Origin: Bythopirellula sp.
GTDB taxonomy: Bacteria > Planctomycetota > Planctomycetia > Pirellulales > Lacipirellulaceae
Direction of reading: 5' to 3'
Length of the DNA stretch: 64,000 nt
Assembly (NCBI GenBank): GCA_965216565.1
Contig: OZ244170.1
Span: forward strand, 64,001-128,000
A model generated the notes under the pieces. That model was given only the letters and a program-made list of their open reading frames with translations. It ran no database searches and was not told where the DNA came from. The position numbers and the translations under genes were made by a program. This document shows, piece after piece, positions 49,790 to 60,453 of this stretch; position 1 is the first letter of the stretch; every line of letters begins with the position of its first letter.

Positions 49790-50590
49790 TTACAACACGA
49801 CGTTGCCGGCCATTCTGCGTCTCTTGACGCTCGTAATAAGCAGGCCCAAGCCTACCAGTGCAAGTGAGGCGGGCTCAGGGATGTTGATGAGTGCCACCTG
49901 GGTAAGTGTCAGCTCGGCGCCAAGGGTGCTGGTTTGGAAATCGAGCAAAATGCCATCCAGGGCGGACAAGTCGGCAGGAGGGAAGACATTCGGCGGGTTG
50001 AGCGCGTCGGGGATATCTTCGTTGATGTCCGTGAAGGGGATCAACAATCGTTGATTTGTCGCGGCAGGCAAGACGAGAGTGGCTCGACTGCCCGCTTCCG
50101 GATTGCCACCGGCATCGAGGTTGCTGAACGTGGCGATCAAGTCGTAATCGACACTCGCGGAGTAATCGATGGCAATATGCGTATCACTCGTAACATCGGG
50201 AACGGGCTCGTTAGGATCGACGACCCAGCCGATCACAAAAAATGTGGTGGCTTCGGCAGACGCATTAGCCGTAAGTTGGCCAAGGTTGGGATCGATGTCG
50301 ACGGTGAGCGAAAGGTCGGTCGGCAGAGGATTGGGCGGCGGAATTTGCGGCCCAGGCGCGATATTCAGCACTCTCGAAACGCCAAACGTGGAATTCAACG
50401 GTGCGTCAACGTGGAATCCATTTATCCCACCGAAGGTGTTGGTCACCGGATAGGAAACGCTACCGCTGATTTCAGTAAAGTCGTCGACAAGATTGCCGGC
50501 CTCAACTGGTTGAGCGGTCAGCATCAGGAGGGCCAGCGCGGCAATCGTTTTGTAAATGGCGGAGCAATTCGTAGTTTTGCAAAGTGGCAT
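49790..50590 (-). CDS. PEP-CTERM surface protein, unknown function
   Basis: Signal peptide; IPEPASLALVGLGLL...KRRR. Confidence 0.85.
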   Translation of the reverse strand: MPLCKTTNCSAIYKTIAALALLMLTAQPVEAGNLVDDFTEISGSVSYPVTNTFGGINGFHVDAPLNSTFGVSRVLNIAPGPQIPPPNPLPTDLSLTVDIDPNLGQLTANASAEATTFFVIGWVVDPNEPVPDVTSDTHIAIDYSASVDYDLIATFSNLDAGGNPEAGSRATLVLPAATNQRLLIPFTDINEDIPDALNPPNVFPPADLSALDGILLDFQTSTLGAELTLTQVALINIPEPASLALVGLGLLITSVKRRRMAGNVVL

Positions 50591-50648
50591 CGGGTAATCC
50601 TGAATGGGTTGCGTGTGCAGTGCAGAGTTTGCCCAGTATCCAGCCAAT

Positions 50649-50694
50649 AAAAAAACGCCAAACCTCCGTGTGCTGAGCACGGAAACTTGGCGTT
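50649..50694 (-). terminator. Terminator-like hairpin between miaE and the PEP-CTERM gene
   Basis: Minus strand aaacgccaagtttccgtg-loop-cacggaggtttggcgttt followed by a T-tract. Confidence 0.7.
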
Positions 50695-50837
50695 TGTTAA
50701 AAGCTAGATTAGTTCTTACCTACTGGGTGCGAATGAATTGGTGCTTAGTATAAGAGTCTAAGGTTGCTATGCAAGAAAAAACTCAGCAAAATCGAGGCGA
50801 AACGATCTATCACCAAGTGGCGTTTGATCTTAGGTCA

Positions 50838-51413
50838 TTAGCTATGCATTCGCGGCAGCGGCTCTCTCTGGGCCATGATTTGAGCCTCGGCCTCGTAGAG
50901 CTCTTCCAGGCGACGCTCCACGACATCCTCGGCCGCAAAGTGGTGGGCCAGCCGGGTGTAGGTAGTATGATGCCGGGCTTCGCTCTCGAACAGGCTCTGA
51001 TAAAACTCGGCCAATTCTGGGTCGTCCACATGAGCGGCCAGGGCTTGGAAGCGTTCGCAGCTTCGGGCTTCGATGAGCCCCGCCACCAGCAACCGATCGA
51101 CGGCCCGCTCCGGTTCGCTTTTGCGAATCAGTTCATGCAGGCGATTGCCGTACTGACTCGGTTTGAGCCGGCGGAATTTGATATCGCGTTTCTCCAGCAA
51201 AGCAATCACCATGTGAAAGTGCTCGAGTTCTTCGTTTACAATCTCGGTCATCTCGCGGCAAAGTTCGAGATTGTCGACGTAGTGAAAAATCAAGTTCATT
51301 GCTGTGCCGGCAGCCTTCTTTTCGCAGTGGGCATGATCGATTAGAACCTCTTCCAGGTTCTCGTCGACCTGCGCGAGCCAACTAGCGTCGGTGGGGGCTT
51401 TTAGATGGAGCAT
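50838..51413 (-). CDS. miaE: tRNA-(ms2io6A) hydroxylase
   Basis: DHAHCEKKAA, EELEHF, LIEARSCERF, SEARH di-iron motifs. Confidence 0.93.
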   Translation of the reverse strand: MLHLKAPTDASWLAQVDENLEEVLIDHAHCEKKAAGTAMNLIFHYVDNLELCREMTEIVNEELEHFHMVIALLEKRDIKFRRLKPSQYGNRLHELIRKSEPERAVDRLLVAGLIEARSCERFQALAAHVDDPELAEFYQSLFESEARHHTTYTRLAHHFAAEDVVERRLEELYEAEAQIMAQREPLPRMHS

Positions 51414-51499
51414 GGCGGCAGTTGTGGGCAGTGGGCAGTGGTGGCCGCGATGCAATGCATCGCCGGAGCCCACCAATATCGCCCAGTTCGCAACGAGGA

Positions 51500-52333
51500 T
51501 CAATCGCCCGCGTCAAACTTCCGCTGGTGACGACGATAGATCTTGTCGACCAGATTCAGCCAAGTGATCGACGCTAGCCGTTTGAATCGCCAGGAAAGCA
51601 CGGCCCGACGGCCAACTACCAGAAAGAATTTCCGTTTGCGGAGGGCCCGCAAGGTTTGCTCCACAACTTTTTCGGCGGTGATGCTCGATCGATTCGTATA
51701 GTGATCGGCCGTGTTGCGTTGCATGTCGGTGTGATACAGGCCCCGTTTGGTGAGTTGGCTGGCAAAAAAGCCCGGGAGGACAACTGTCACACCAATCCTC
51801 CAAGGCCTGAGCTCGGCATACAACGTCTCTGAGAGCGAGAGCACCCCAGCCTTGGAGACGTTGTAAGCAGCCATCGAGGGTGCAGAGACCACACTCGCGA
51901 TTGAGGAAATGTTAACAATCTGCCCGCCAGCGGAAGATTCTTTCAGCCAGGGAATCATTGTGTGGCAGCCGTTGATGGTTCCCCGCAAGTTGATATCGAG
52001 TATCCGCTGGAAATCTTCGAGGGGGCTATCGCCCACTTCCCCAGTACCGCAGATTCCCGCATTGTTGATCAACATATCGAGACGGGGCCACTCGGCGGCA
52101 AGGCGCTCACGGAGGTCTTGCCATTGGGAACTGTCCACCACGTCGAGGTGCTCGGCCTGCGCCTGTCCACCCGCGGCTTCGATTTCATTGACAGTTTGCT
52201 CAGCCGCTGCCAGGTCGACATCCGAGCATGCGACGTGCCACCCTTCGGCTGCTAGACGCAGACAGAATGCTTTGCCCAGTCCGCTCCCCCCACCGGTGAC
52301 CAGGGCGTATCTCGATTCGCTAGGTTCAGTCAT
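51500..52333 (-). CDS. Short-chain dehydrogenase/reductase
   Basis: TGGGSGLG, NNAG, YNVSK. Confidence 0.92.
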   Translation of the reverse strand: MTEPSESRYALVTGGGSGLGKAFCLRLAAEGWHVACSDVDLAAAEQTVNEIEAAGGQAQAEHLDVVDSSQWQDLRERLAAEWPRLDMLINNAGICGTGEVGDSPLEDFQRILDINLRGTINGCHTMIPWLKESSAGGQIVNISSIASVVSAPSMAAYNVSKAGVLSLSETLYAELRPWRIGVTVVLPGFFASQLTKRGLYHTDMQRNTADHYTNRSSITAEKVVEQTLRALRKRKFFLVVGRRAVLSWRFKRLASITWLNLVDKIYRRHQRKFDAGD

Positions 52334-52436
52334 AGGTTCTCTATCATACCAGCGTGGTGGCAAGGGAATGTCCAGCCCTCCGGCGACGGAACGCTGGCTT
52401 GGCCGAGGGGCAAATTCGCGGGTCTCGCAACGAGTG

Positions 52437-52452
52437 TGTGCCGTAGCTCACA
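52437..52452. promoter_or_regulatory. CRP-like box TGTGC-N6-TCACA
   Basis: In the divergent gap between the SDR and YHS genes. Confidence 0.45.
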
Positions 52453-52736
52453 GAACCCCGCTAGCCCTCAGCCTAGGATACTAGTGAGCTGCCCCATTTG
52501 CGAACTCTTTCAGACATTTTGAACTTGGCGTGGCTGGCGACGACCCCCAAACCCCAACCCAGTCGTAGGTCCGCATAACCATGCGACTGTGTCGCCGGCC
52601 ACGCGATTTTTCTTGCTGGCAACTCCCTCGCAATCAGCGATTGCCGGCATATTCCTGCTATTCTAGGCCGAATCGACATCGCTCGGGCAGCGGAGATTCG
52701 CTACCATCCTCCCTGGTTTTTTCATCAGGGAATGCC

Positions 52737-53963
52737 ATGCGAACACCTTTCAAAATTCCGCCCCTGCGATCTGCACAGATCAGCCAGTCATTCACGCTGG
52801 TTGCTGTGGGGGCAATTTGTCTGATGTTCGCGGTTCTGCCCGCAAACAGTTTGGCCCAAGAGCGATTGTTCGCTTCTCCCAATTTCGAAAACGGCAATCG
52901 CTTTGCACCCTCGCAATTCGACGATGTTGAGCTGCCCGTGGCTTTAGGAGGCTTCTGCCCAATCACGTTACGCGACAAGCATCAGTGGTTTCCCGGGCGG
53001 CAGCAATTGCTGGTGGTGTTCGATGGACAGATCTACTGGTTCGCTAGCGAGCGCGAGCGGGCCATCTTCGCGGCCAGCCCTACCGACTATGCACCCGTGT
53101 TGGGGGGCGATTGTGCCGTCACCCTGGCAGAGACCGGGGAGCGAGAGCTTGGAAAACTGGAGTTCGCCGTCGAACATGCCGGAAGGCTTTATATGTTTAC
53201 AAGCGAACAACGTCGCCAGCAGTTTCAGTCCAATCCCGACGCCTACACACGCAGCGATTTGGCAAACGACGGGTTCTGCCTCGTCAGCGAGGTGGAAGAG
53301 GAGCGACAGATTGCCGGCATGCCCGAGACGACTGTCATGGTGGATGGCTTGCGGTACATGTTTGCGGGAGACTTCCAACGTCGCAAGTTCGCGGCCGACA
53401 TTCGCCGCTACGGTGTCGAGCGCCATTTAAAAATTCGTTCTCCAGATGCTCAACAATTCTCGGCCCAGTCGGAGTCTGGTTTTACCAGTGACGCTGAACC
53501 CCTGGACGAAGCTCCTGCAGAAACCGAACCCGAGATGACGTTCGTGATGGATGGATATTGCCCTGTCACGCTTCAGCAACGCAACATTTGGGTGCGCGGG
53601 AGATCGCAATATCGGTTCAAATACGAGGGGAAAATCTATCTTCTGGCAGGCGACGCCGAGAAGAACCGATTCATGATCAGTCCAGAAAAGTTTGCACCGG
53701 CACTAGGTGGAGACTGCGTCGTTTCGAAGATCGACGATAGTTTGCAAGTGCCGGGTAGCGTCGACTATGCGGTGTTCCATCAGCAGTCCAGCCGTATGTT
53801 TCTATTCGCGGGCCCCGATCAGAAGGCGGCCTTTACCGAGAACCCTGAACGCTACATCAAACTAGCAAAAGTATCGGCGTACGGCACGAAACAGGGAGAC
53901 GCAACGACCCCGGCTCAATCCGCGGCGCCCGATGCGGAGAAGTCGGACCGACCGGCTCAGTAG
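52737..53963 (+). CDS. Exported multi-YHS-domain protein
   Basis: Repeated G.CPVT...G...Y.G..Y.F...F...P..YAP units; signal peptide. Confidence 0.85.
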   Translation: MRTPFKIPPLRSAQISQSFTLVAVGAICLMFAVLPANSLAQERLFASPNFENGNRFAPSQFDDVELPVALGGFCPITLRDKHQWFPGRQQLLVVFDGQIYWFASERERAIFAASPTDYAPVLGGDCAVTLAETGERELGKLEFAVEHAGRLYMFTSEQRRQQFQSNPDAYTRSDLANDGFCLVSEVEEERQIAGMPETTVMVDGLRYMFAGDFQRRKFAADIRRYGVERHLKIRSPDAQQFSAQSESGFTSDAEPLDEAPAETEPEMTFVMDGYCPVTLQQRNIWVRGRSQYRFKYEGKIYLLAGDAEKNRFMISPEKFAPALGGDCVVSKIDDSLQVPGSVDYAVFHQQSSRMFLFAGPDQKAAFTENPERYIKLAKVSAYGTKQGDATTPAQSAAPDAEKSDRPAQ

Positions 53964-54424
53964 CCAGGCGTGACCTGGGCCAGCGAGAACGCCATTCGAG
54001 TGGGACGCAGCCCGGGATTCTCTGTTCCCAACATGGCGAGAGTGACGCCGGGATACGCTTCATTGAACTTAGCCCGGCAGCAGGCACACTTGGCCAGGTG
54101 CACTTCGATGCGACCAGCCAAATCGGCATCGGCCATCAGAGCAGCGCCAGTTACATGATCGCGATATTCGGCTGCATGAGACAAACACTCGGTGCAACCG
54201 ATTCCGCCAAATTGGGGCTCCTGGTAGAACACGAACCCGCCCGCAACGATGGCACCGACGGCAAACAGCACAAGACTCACCATACTGGTGCTAGCAAGCT
54301 GACGCAGCCTTCGACCTCGCTCAGAGCGGTTAAGCCGACGGACCATCTGAGAGATCTCGCCGTCGACGCATGGCTCCCATTGGTCGTGCTGTTGGTCTTC
54401 AGATTGTGGGTTGTTGACGGACAT
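53957..54424 (-). CDS. Membrane protein with zf-HC2-like Cys/His motif
   Basis: TM helix then GGIGCTEC...IEVHLAKCACC. Confidence 0.7.
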   Translation of the reverse strand: MSVNNPQSEDQQHDQWEPCVDGEISQMVRRLNRSERGRRLRQLASTSMVSLVLFAVGAIVAGGFVFYQEPQFGGIGCTECLSHAAEYRDHVTGAALMADADLAGRIEVHLAKCACCRAKFNEAYPGVTLAMLGTENPGLRPTRMAFSLAQVTPGY

Positions 54425-54513
54425 CCATTGGTCCCAAGTTGTCGGGCAAACAGAGGGCTGTAAGCCTCGGTGGTTCACATATCAGTATCATCGTAAAAAC
54501 AGAGCTCAAACAC

Positions 54514-54529
54514 TGTAAAACAGCTCACA
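54514..54529. promoter_or_regulatory. CRP-like box TGTAA-N6-TCACA
   Basis: Between the Crp/Fnr gene and the zf-HC2-like gene. Confidence 0.5.
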
Positions 54530-54564
54530 ATATCCAAAACTCCCTGACAATTAGACTCTTCGCA

Positions 54565-55275
54565 TCACGATCCATCCGGGGGGGATGGCTTGATGCCAAC
54601 ACTAGCAGCCAATCGGGCGAGGTCCTTCAGAATGATTTTTCTTCGTCCCAATTCCAAGTAGCCCTCCGACTGCAGTTCTCCAAGTACCACGGTTACCGTC
54701 TCTCTCGTACTGCCAATAATATTGGCCAAATCTTGGTGCGAAAGTTTGATTTTCAACTCCAAACCGGCAGCGGTTTCTCGACCATACTGCTCGGCCAATT
54801 CCATCAGCAAATGAATCATCCGTTCTCGGTTCGATCGAAACAATAGATATTTCAGACGCCGTTCGATACGCCGACGGCGGAGTCCCATCAGTCGAGTGAT
54901 GCCCAACGAAACTTCCGGATTCTGCATCAACAGTTGCTGCATCACGTCGTTGGGGATGAGCACAATCGTCGATTTCTCTACCGCCTCGGCATATTCTTCT
55001 CTCTCTTGGCTTCCCATCAGCGAGAGCTCGCCGAATAGTTCACCAGGCTCAATAAAGGCGAGAATTGCCTGTTTGCCGTCCTCGGTAAAGCTGCCAATTT
55101 TCACGCGACCCTGCGCCAATAGCAGCACACCGTTGGCATGATCCGAGGGCAAATAGATGGGAGAGGAACGAGGGAATTGTCGCACGCGACAACGATTCTC
55201 GATCGCCGCGATTTGTTCTGCACCCAACTGTTGAAAAAGATCGCACTGCTTCAGATACCAAAGTCGTTCCGACAT
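54565..55275 (-). CDS. Crp/Fnr family transcriptional regulator
   Basis: cNMP-binding PGELFGELSL; HTH LSHQDLANIIGSTRETVT. Confidence 0.95.
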   Translation of the reverse strand: MSERLWYLKQCDLFQQLGAEQIAAIENRCRVRQFPRSSPIYLPSDHANGVLLLAQGRVKIGSFTEDGKQAILAFIEPGELFGELSLMGSQEREEYAEAVEKSTIVLIPNDVMQQLLMQNPEVSLGITRLMGLRRRRIERRLKYLLFRSNRERMIHLLMELAEQYGRETAAGLELKIKLSHQDLANIIGSTRETVTVVLGELQSEGYLELGRRKIILKDLARLAASVGIKPSPPDGS

Positions 55276-55413
55276 AGTGCGACGCTACTTGCTATTGGGA
55301 CGAATTGGTCAACAGAGCGGGGGGGATGATGTAGTTCTCTGTTGATCCGTTCTTTAGACAGGCCGAAGCGGTGTCTGCTATTTTAGCCCTTCGCCAAAGG
55401 GGGACAACTGCAG

Positions 55414-56748
55414 CTAGTTGCCAGCGGTCGCCCAATATCCTCCGCGAGCATGATCGAATCGCGCTGCACGTCCCCGAACAGATTCGTCTAATTCCCCATG
55501 ACGATAGACTTCTCGACCATTTACCCAAGTTCGCACGGGCCAACCCGTGAGCGACTCGCCATCCCAGGGACTCCACCCGCACTTTGTAAGCTGGTTCACA
55601 TTTCTTACCTCTTGGGTCAATTCCAGGTCGACTAGCACCAGATCGGCATCGTAACCCTCGGCAATGCGACCTTTGTCGACAATGTCCCACACTCGAGCCG
55701 GCGCATCGCACATCCAATGGACGACTTGCTCTAGCGAACAACGCCCACCGTGTACTTCGTTGAGCATCAGTGCCAGACTGTTTTCGATCGCGGGTACTCC
55801 CGAGGGCGACTTGGGATAGCCCTGCTGTTTTTCGGCCAGCGTATGCGGCGCGTGATCGGTGGCGATAACCTGAATCTCTCCCTGCTGGAGTGCTTGCCAA
55901 AGCCTTGCGTTATCGGCAGCCGTTTTGATCGAAGGATTGGCTTGCGCCAGCGTACCCAGCCGGGCGTAGTCGTCGATATTGAGCAGCAGGTGATGAGGGC
56001 ACGCCTCGGCGGTAATGAGATTACGATGGTCGGATAAGAGTTCCGTCTCAGCCCCCGTTGAGACATGCAACACATGGAAACGATGATTGTGCCGAAATGC
56101 CAGGTCGAGTGAGCGGCGGGTGGCAATGATGGCCGCCTCGTGGTCGCGAATCTTGGAGTGATCCGCAACGTCGGACGTACCGGCTAGCCGCTCGGCGTTT
56201 GCCCGCACGGTGGCCTCATCCTCGCAGTGTGCGGTGATGGGCAAGGTGGTCTCAGCGAAAATTCGCTCTAGCGCTGCCTGCTCGTCGACCAACAGGTTGC
56301 CCGTGCTGGAACCTATAAAGATTTTGATGCCCGGCGTATTGGTAGCGTTTTTCAGGTCTTCAATATTGTCGGGCGTTGCACCAATATAGAAGCCGTAGTT
56401 CACGAGCGATTTCTCGGCGGCCAGGGCCCGTTTTTCCTCCACCCCTTGTTGGGTGATGGCGGGGGGAGAAGTATTGGGCATTTCCAGGAAGGTGGTGACG
56501 CCTCCTTTGGCACAGGCACGCGACGCGGTGTGCAGATCCTCTTTGTGCGTGAGTCCAGGTTCGCGGAAGTGGACCTGATCGTCGACCACGCCGGGAATCA
56601 AATGCAACCCGGCAGCATCGACCGTTTCGTCAGCGGTACTTTGAATTACTGCATCGACCGCAGCGATCTTTCCGTTTTCAATTAAGACGGAAACAGCCTC
56701 GACCCCGGTGGGCAACACGACCTGGGCATTCTTGATGAGAGTTTTCAT
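55414..56748 (-). CDS. pyrC: Dihydroorotase (multifunctional-complex type)
   Basis: [39 protein letters not shown]; the ORF extension to 56838 runs into a repeat. Confidence 0.9.
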   Translation of the reverse strand: MKTLIKNAQVVLPTGVEAVSVLIENGKIAAVDAVIQSTADETVDAAGLHLIPGVVDDQVHFREPGLTHKEDLHTASRACAKGGVTTFLEMPNTSPPAITQQGVEEKRALAAEKSLVNYGFYIGATPDNIEDLKNATNTPGIKIFIGSSTGNLLVDEQAALERIFAETTLPITAHCEDEATVRANAERLAGTSDVADHSKIRDHEAAIIATRRSLDLAFRHNHRFHVLHVSTGAETELLSDHRNLITAEACPHHLLLNIDDYARLGTLAQANPSIKTAADNARLWQALQQGEIQVIATDHAPHTLAEKQQGYPKSPSGVPAIENSLALMLNEVHGGRCSLEQVVHWMCDAPARVWDIVDKGRIAEGYDADLVLVDLELTQEVRNVNQLTKCGWSPWDGESLTGWPVRTWVNGREVYRHGELDESVRGRAARFDHARGGYWATAGN

Positions 56749-56809
56749 GGGACGACCATTGTCGCCCATTGGATGCCAACCGTCGAGCCACTCTGTTAGA
56801 GCGCTAGAC

Positions 56810-56907
56810 CGGGAGTCGAAAAAAGGGGACTGGCTCAACGCACAATAACGGCTGTCGCCTGAGCATACGTTGGGTCGTCGTGCCTGTTCCCTTTTTTTCG
56901 ACGGACC
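56810..56907. mobile_element. Non-autonomous palindromic element type A, copy 2
   Basis: 98 nt like 44515-44612; bounded by CTAG at 56804 and 56909. Confidence 0.75.
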
Positions 56908-56918
56908 ACTAGGGCACC

Positions 56919-57009
56919 GCTTGAAATGGGGACTGGCACGGGATCGCAGGAAAGGCTAACCAATGGCCAACCGGCAGCTTGCAATCACGAGCCAGTCCCC
57001 ATTTCAAGC
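56919..57009. mobile_element. Non-autonomous palindromic element type B, copy 2
   Basis: gcttgaaatggggactggc / gccagtccccatttcaagc perfect 19-bp arms; bounded by CTAG at 56909 and 57014. Confidence 0.75.
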
Positions 57010-57027
57010 TCACCTAGAGCTACAGTA

Positions 57028-58200
57028 CTATGGTGTATCCCCGTCAGTAGGGCCTTTCCTTTTGCCTTTGCCCAGCCACCCCATCCAGCGGAAGAAGAAC
57101 AACTGGCCCGCGGCCACTGCCGCCATCAACCCCAAGGCAAACGGATAGCCATTGTGCCATTTCAGCTCGGGCATGTTGAGTTTCGATACTTCCGGATCGA
57201 AATTCATGCCATACACGCCAGCGATAAAGCTGAGTGGAATGAATATCGTGGCGATGATGGTCAGCACCTTCATTATTTCATTCATGCGATTGCTGATCTC
57301 AGTGGCGTGATAGTCCCGTATATCCGAGCACGCCTCCCGGCATCCCTCCAGTGTTTCGATGATCTCGGCGACATGGTCGCGACAATCGCGGAGGTAGAGT
57401 TCCGTCTCCTCGTCCACAAGCCAACTATGGTCGCTACCTAACGAATCGACCACCTCGCGCATCGGCCATGAGATGCGCCTGAGAAGTCGCACATCGTGTC
57501 GGGCACCATGCAGTTGTGAGATGACGCCCGTTTCGGATCCCTGCTCAAGCTGCTCATCGAGTTCATCAAGGCGTTCGCTGATTTTTTCAATTTTAGGAAA
57601 GTAAGAATCGATAATCGCATCGAGCAGAGCATACAGCAGGTAGTCGCTGCCTGAGCTACGGATGACGCTGCCATCTACCTTGAGCCGATCGCGAACCGCA
57701 TTGAAACAGACACCGCGACGCTCTCGCCAGCTAATCACGAACCCTTTGCCGACGAAAAAGCTGATTTGCTCGACCCCTTGAGTACCGTCGCGATCTTTTT
57801 TCGGTTTTTCAAGTTGGCGTGGCAATTGGGTGACCAGGAACAAATAGTCCTGAAAATTCTCGACCTTCGAGCGTTGCGGAATATGGCACAGGTCTTCCAG
57901 GGCCAGTCGATGGATGCCAAAGAGATTGCCGAAGTCTTCGATCAACTTGGCATCGCCCAAGCCAGCGATGTCGATCCACAGCACCTCGTGCTTTCCACGC
58001 TGCTCCTTCACGTCTTCAAACGTGCAGTCGTCGAACAGGGTAATTGCATTCGCCCCATAGCCCGTCATGCGGATATGCGGCGGCAGCGCGCCTGCGGGAA
58101 TCTCGATCGAGCCCGGCCTGGCCCCCGGGCTACCACGACGTTCGTACCGCTCCATATATAGGCTGCGGTTGGGCAATTTTCTGCGTTTTCGAGAGGGCAT
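57028..58200 (-). CDS. corA: Magnesium/cobalt transporter CorA
   Basis: H.LALED, MNEIMKVLT, YGMNF, MPELKW. Confidence 0.96.
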   Translation of the reverse strand: MPSRKRRKLPNRSLYMERYERRGSPGARPGSIEIPAGALPPHIRMTGYGANAITLFDDCTFEDVKEQRGKHEVLWIDIAGLGDAKLIEDFGNLFGIHRLALEDLCHIPQRSKVENFQDYLFLVTQLPRQLEKPKKDRDGTQGVEQISFFVGKGFVISWRERRGVCFNAVRDRLKVDGSVIRSSGSDYLLYALLDAIIDSYFPKIEKISERLDELDEQLEQGSETGVISQLHGARHDVRLLRRISWPMREVVDSLGSDHSWLVDEETELYLRDCRDHVAEIIETLEGCREACSDIRDYHATEISNRMNEIMKVLTIIATIFIPLSFIAGVYGMNFDPEVSKLNMPELKWHNGYPFALGLMAAVAAGQLFFFRWMGWLGKGKRKGPTDGDTP

Positions 58201-58227
58201 ATGCGGTCGAGCCGTATCGTGGCTGGT

Positions 58228-60453
58228 TTAAGTCTCGATGGGTTCCGGCGGGGGCGACATCTCAATCTTCAGCGGAGAGCTGGTATCCAAGTGGACGTCC
58301 CGTTGTGGGAACGCGATCACGATGCCCGCCTCTTTGAACAGTTGTTCGATTTGGTAACGGACGGCACTCTCCACTTGCAGCCGATCCATGACGGTTCGCA
58401 TGCGAATCCAAAAGTGGATTTCGAAGGCGAGCGAGTTATCTCCAAACTCTTTGAACAAAATTATCGGAGGTGGATCTTTGGACGTGCGGCCCGTCTCGAC
58501 TACGGCTCGCCGTAAAAGTTGGGTGACGGTGACCACGGGCGATCCATACACGACTCCCACCTCGACAGACGTACGCACCTTGTCGCTAGAGAGGGTATAG
58601 TTGATGACGTTATTCTGCAAGAACGTGCTGTTGGGCACGATGATTTCCAAATTCGAGCCCGTTCTTACGCGTGTGCTGCGGGCACCGATGTGTTCCACGT
58701 TTCCGTAAAGATCGTCGAGCAGAATTAGGTCGCCAACTTTCACCGGCCGCTCGGCGTGGAGGATCAACCCGCTGATAAAATTGTTGATCACATTCTGGCT
58801 ACCAAAACCAACACCAAGAGCCAATGCACCACCCAGGAAGGTCAGTGCCGTAAGCGGCACATTGATGACTTTCAGTGAGAACAGCGTGAACATGAGCAGG
58901 AATGTGTAGAAGAGCAGCGACTGGATAGTCGCCGACGCGCTGGGGTCGATATCGAGCCGGCGAAGCACCTGCGTTCCCAGGAAGCGACTGAACATCCGCG
59001 AGGCAACGACACCAATCAGCAGCATCAGGATCGCGATGACGACCTTCCGCACCGTCAGCGGACTGTCGCCTACGACAGCAAGTTCCTGATTCCAGATCGC
59101 CTGAACGCCACTCCAAATGGACAGCAGCTTGTCCTTCGCGGTCGAGGCCAGCGAGCCAGTATCGAGTTCGTTGATCAGCTTCTGATGCAACTTGCCCGAT
59201 TCTTCAATACTGGCCAGGTTGGCCTGGTGGCTTTTTAGTAAGGCTTCTGCGTCTTTGATTTCGTTCTCGATCCGCCGGGCTTCGGCAGAATTCTCTTCGG
59301 CATCTTCCAGCGCTTCTTGTCGCTTGGCGATTTGCGAACGAAGATCGCTGATCTCCAAGGCTGCCGATTTCGCCTCGTCGTTGAGCGATTCGATGGCCTT
59401 GGCAGTCTTTTCACTCCACTCGCGTACATCTTTGCTATTTGCCAGCTTGAGATAGATTTTTTGTCGCTGTTGCCAAATATTTTCGTGGGCGGAGAGTCGA
59501 CGTTGTTGTTGGCGAAGCAAACGGAGCTGTTCTTGGACCAACTGCGCGTTCTGATTGAATCCGTCTTTGGCACTAGCTTGAAGTTTATCTATCTTCTTCT
59601 TGAGCGAGTCTTCTTTCTTCTTGATCTCAGTTAGAACTTCGTCCAATTGGTCTTTTCCAAACTCCGCCACGCTTCGCATACGAGCGACTTTCTCTCGCAG
59701 CATCTTCACCTGTGTCTTCTGTGCTTTCAGTGACGCTTTGACATTGTCGAGCGTTTTCTTCCGCAGTTGGGCGGTGGCCTCGGCGATTTCGCAGAGCAAT
59801 TCCGCTTCGGCTAGCTCTTCCCCCAGCTCTTGCCGTTTGCTGTCATCGTCGTTGGTCTCCACGGCTTCCCGCGCAATGCGACGCTGACTGGCACGACGTT
59901 TCTGTTCTTCTCGGGCTGTTTCTAGTGCTTCGGTGAAGGACTCCACACGAGACTCGAGACTCTTCTGCCGTTGGAGTTCAGCTTCGAAGGAGTCCTGCGT
60001 TCGGTCCAGTTCAGAAAACGGGGTCGACTCTTCCGAGAGGCCTTGCTGGACGAAATCTTCCAGGGCTTCTAAGCGTGCCTCCAGATATTTGGCAAGTTGC
60101 TCCGACTTCTCCCATTCCGCTTCCAGTTGCGAGAGCGTCAGGTCCAGCCAACTGAGTAGTTCTTGTTGTTCTTTGAGCCGTTCCGGAATCTTCTGCCCTT
60201 CTTCTTTGCTCAGCTCTTCGATCTGAGCTGCTGATTCTTTGAGCCGCTCGCTGACGCTTTCTTGCCAGTCTGCTAGTTCCTTTTCGGGATCTTTCTTTTC
60301 TTCTTCCTGTGGCTCGTCGCTCTTTTGGGAGGCGAGTTGGGTAAGAGGGTTTTGGGCGTGCGTCGATGAGACCCCGTGCGACGACCAACAAGCGATCGCC
60401 AGCGCTAGTAAGCCTAGGCTTTTCAAGATAGAGATGGCCGGGCGTCGATGCAT
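58228..60453 (-). CDS. MscS-family mechanosensitive channel with long periplasmic coiled coil (MscK-like)
   Basis: Signal peptide, ~420-aa coiled coil, GVGFGSQN..NNFISG, ERPVKVGD, IAFPQRDVH. Confidence 0.93.
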   Translation of the reverse strand: MHRRPAISILKSLGLLALAIACWSSHGVSSTHAQNPLTQLASQKSDEPQEEEKKDPEKELADWQESVSERLKESAAQIEELSKEEGQKIPERLKEQQELLSWLDLTLSQLEAEWEKSEQLAKYLEARLEALEDFVQQGLSEESTPFSELDRTQDSFEAELQRQKSLESRVESFTEALETAREEQKRRASQRRIAREAVETNDDDSKRQELGEELAEAELLCEIAEATAQLRKKTLDNVKASLKAQKTQVKMLREKVARMRSVAEFGKDQLDEVLTEIKKKEDSLKKKIDKLQASAKDGFNQNAQLVQEQLRLLRQQQRRLSAHENIWQQRQKIYLKLANSKDVREWSEKTAKAIESLNDEAKSAALEISDLRSQIAKRQEALEDAEENSAEARRIENEIKDAEALLKSHQANLASIEESGKLHQKLINELDTGSLASTAKDKLLSIWSGVQAIWNQELAVVGDSPLTVRKVVIAILMLLIGVVASRMFSRFLGTQVLRRLDIDPSASATIQSLLFYTFLLMFTLFSLKVINVPLTALTFLGGALALGVGFGSQNVINNFISGLILHAERPVKVGDLILLDDLYGNVEHIGARSTRVRTGSNLEIIVPNSTFLQNNVINYTLSSDKVRTSVEVGVVYGSPVVTVTQLLRRAVVETGRTSKDPPPIILFKEFGDNSLAFEIHFWIRMRTVMDRLQVESAVRYQIEQLFKEAGIVIAFPQRDVHLDTSSPLKIEMSPPPEPIET

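Noticed and set aside
50673..50685. 13-nt match (TTTCCGTGCTCAG) to the HNH leader at 37936-37948
   Set aside because: Many 13-mer matches are expected by chance in 64 kb
56804..57017. CRISPR array
   Set aside because: Only two long palindromic units with non-identical arms; no cas genes
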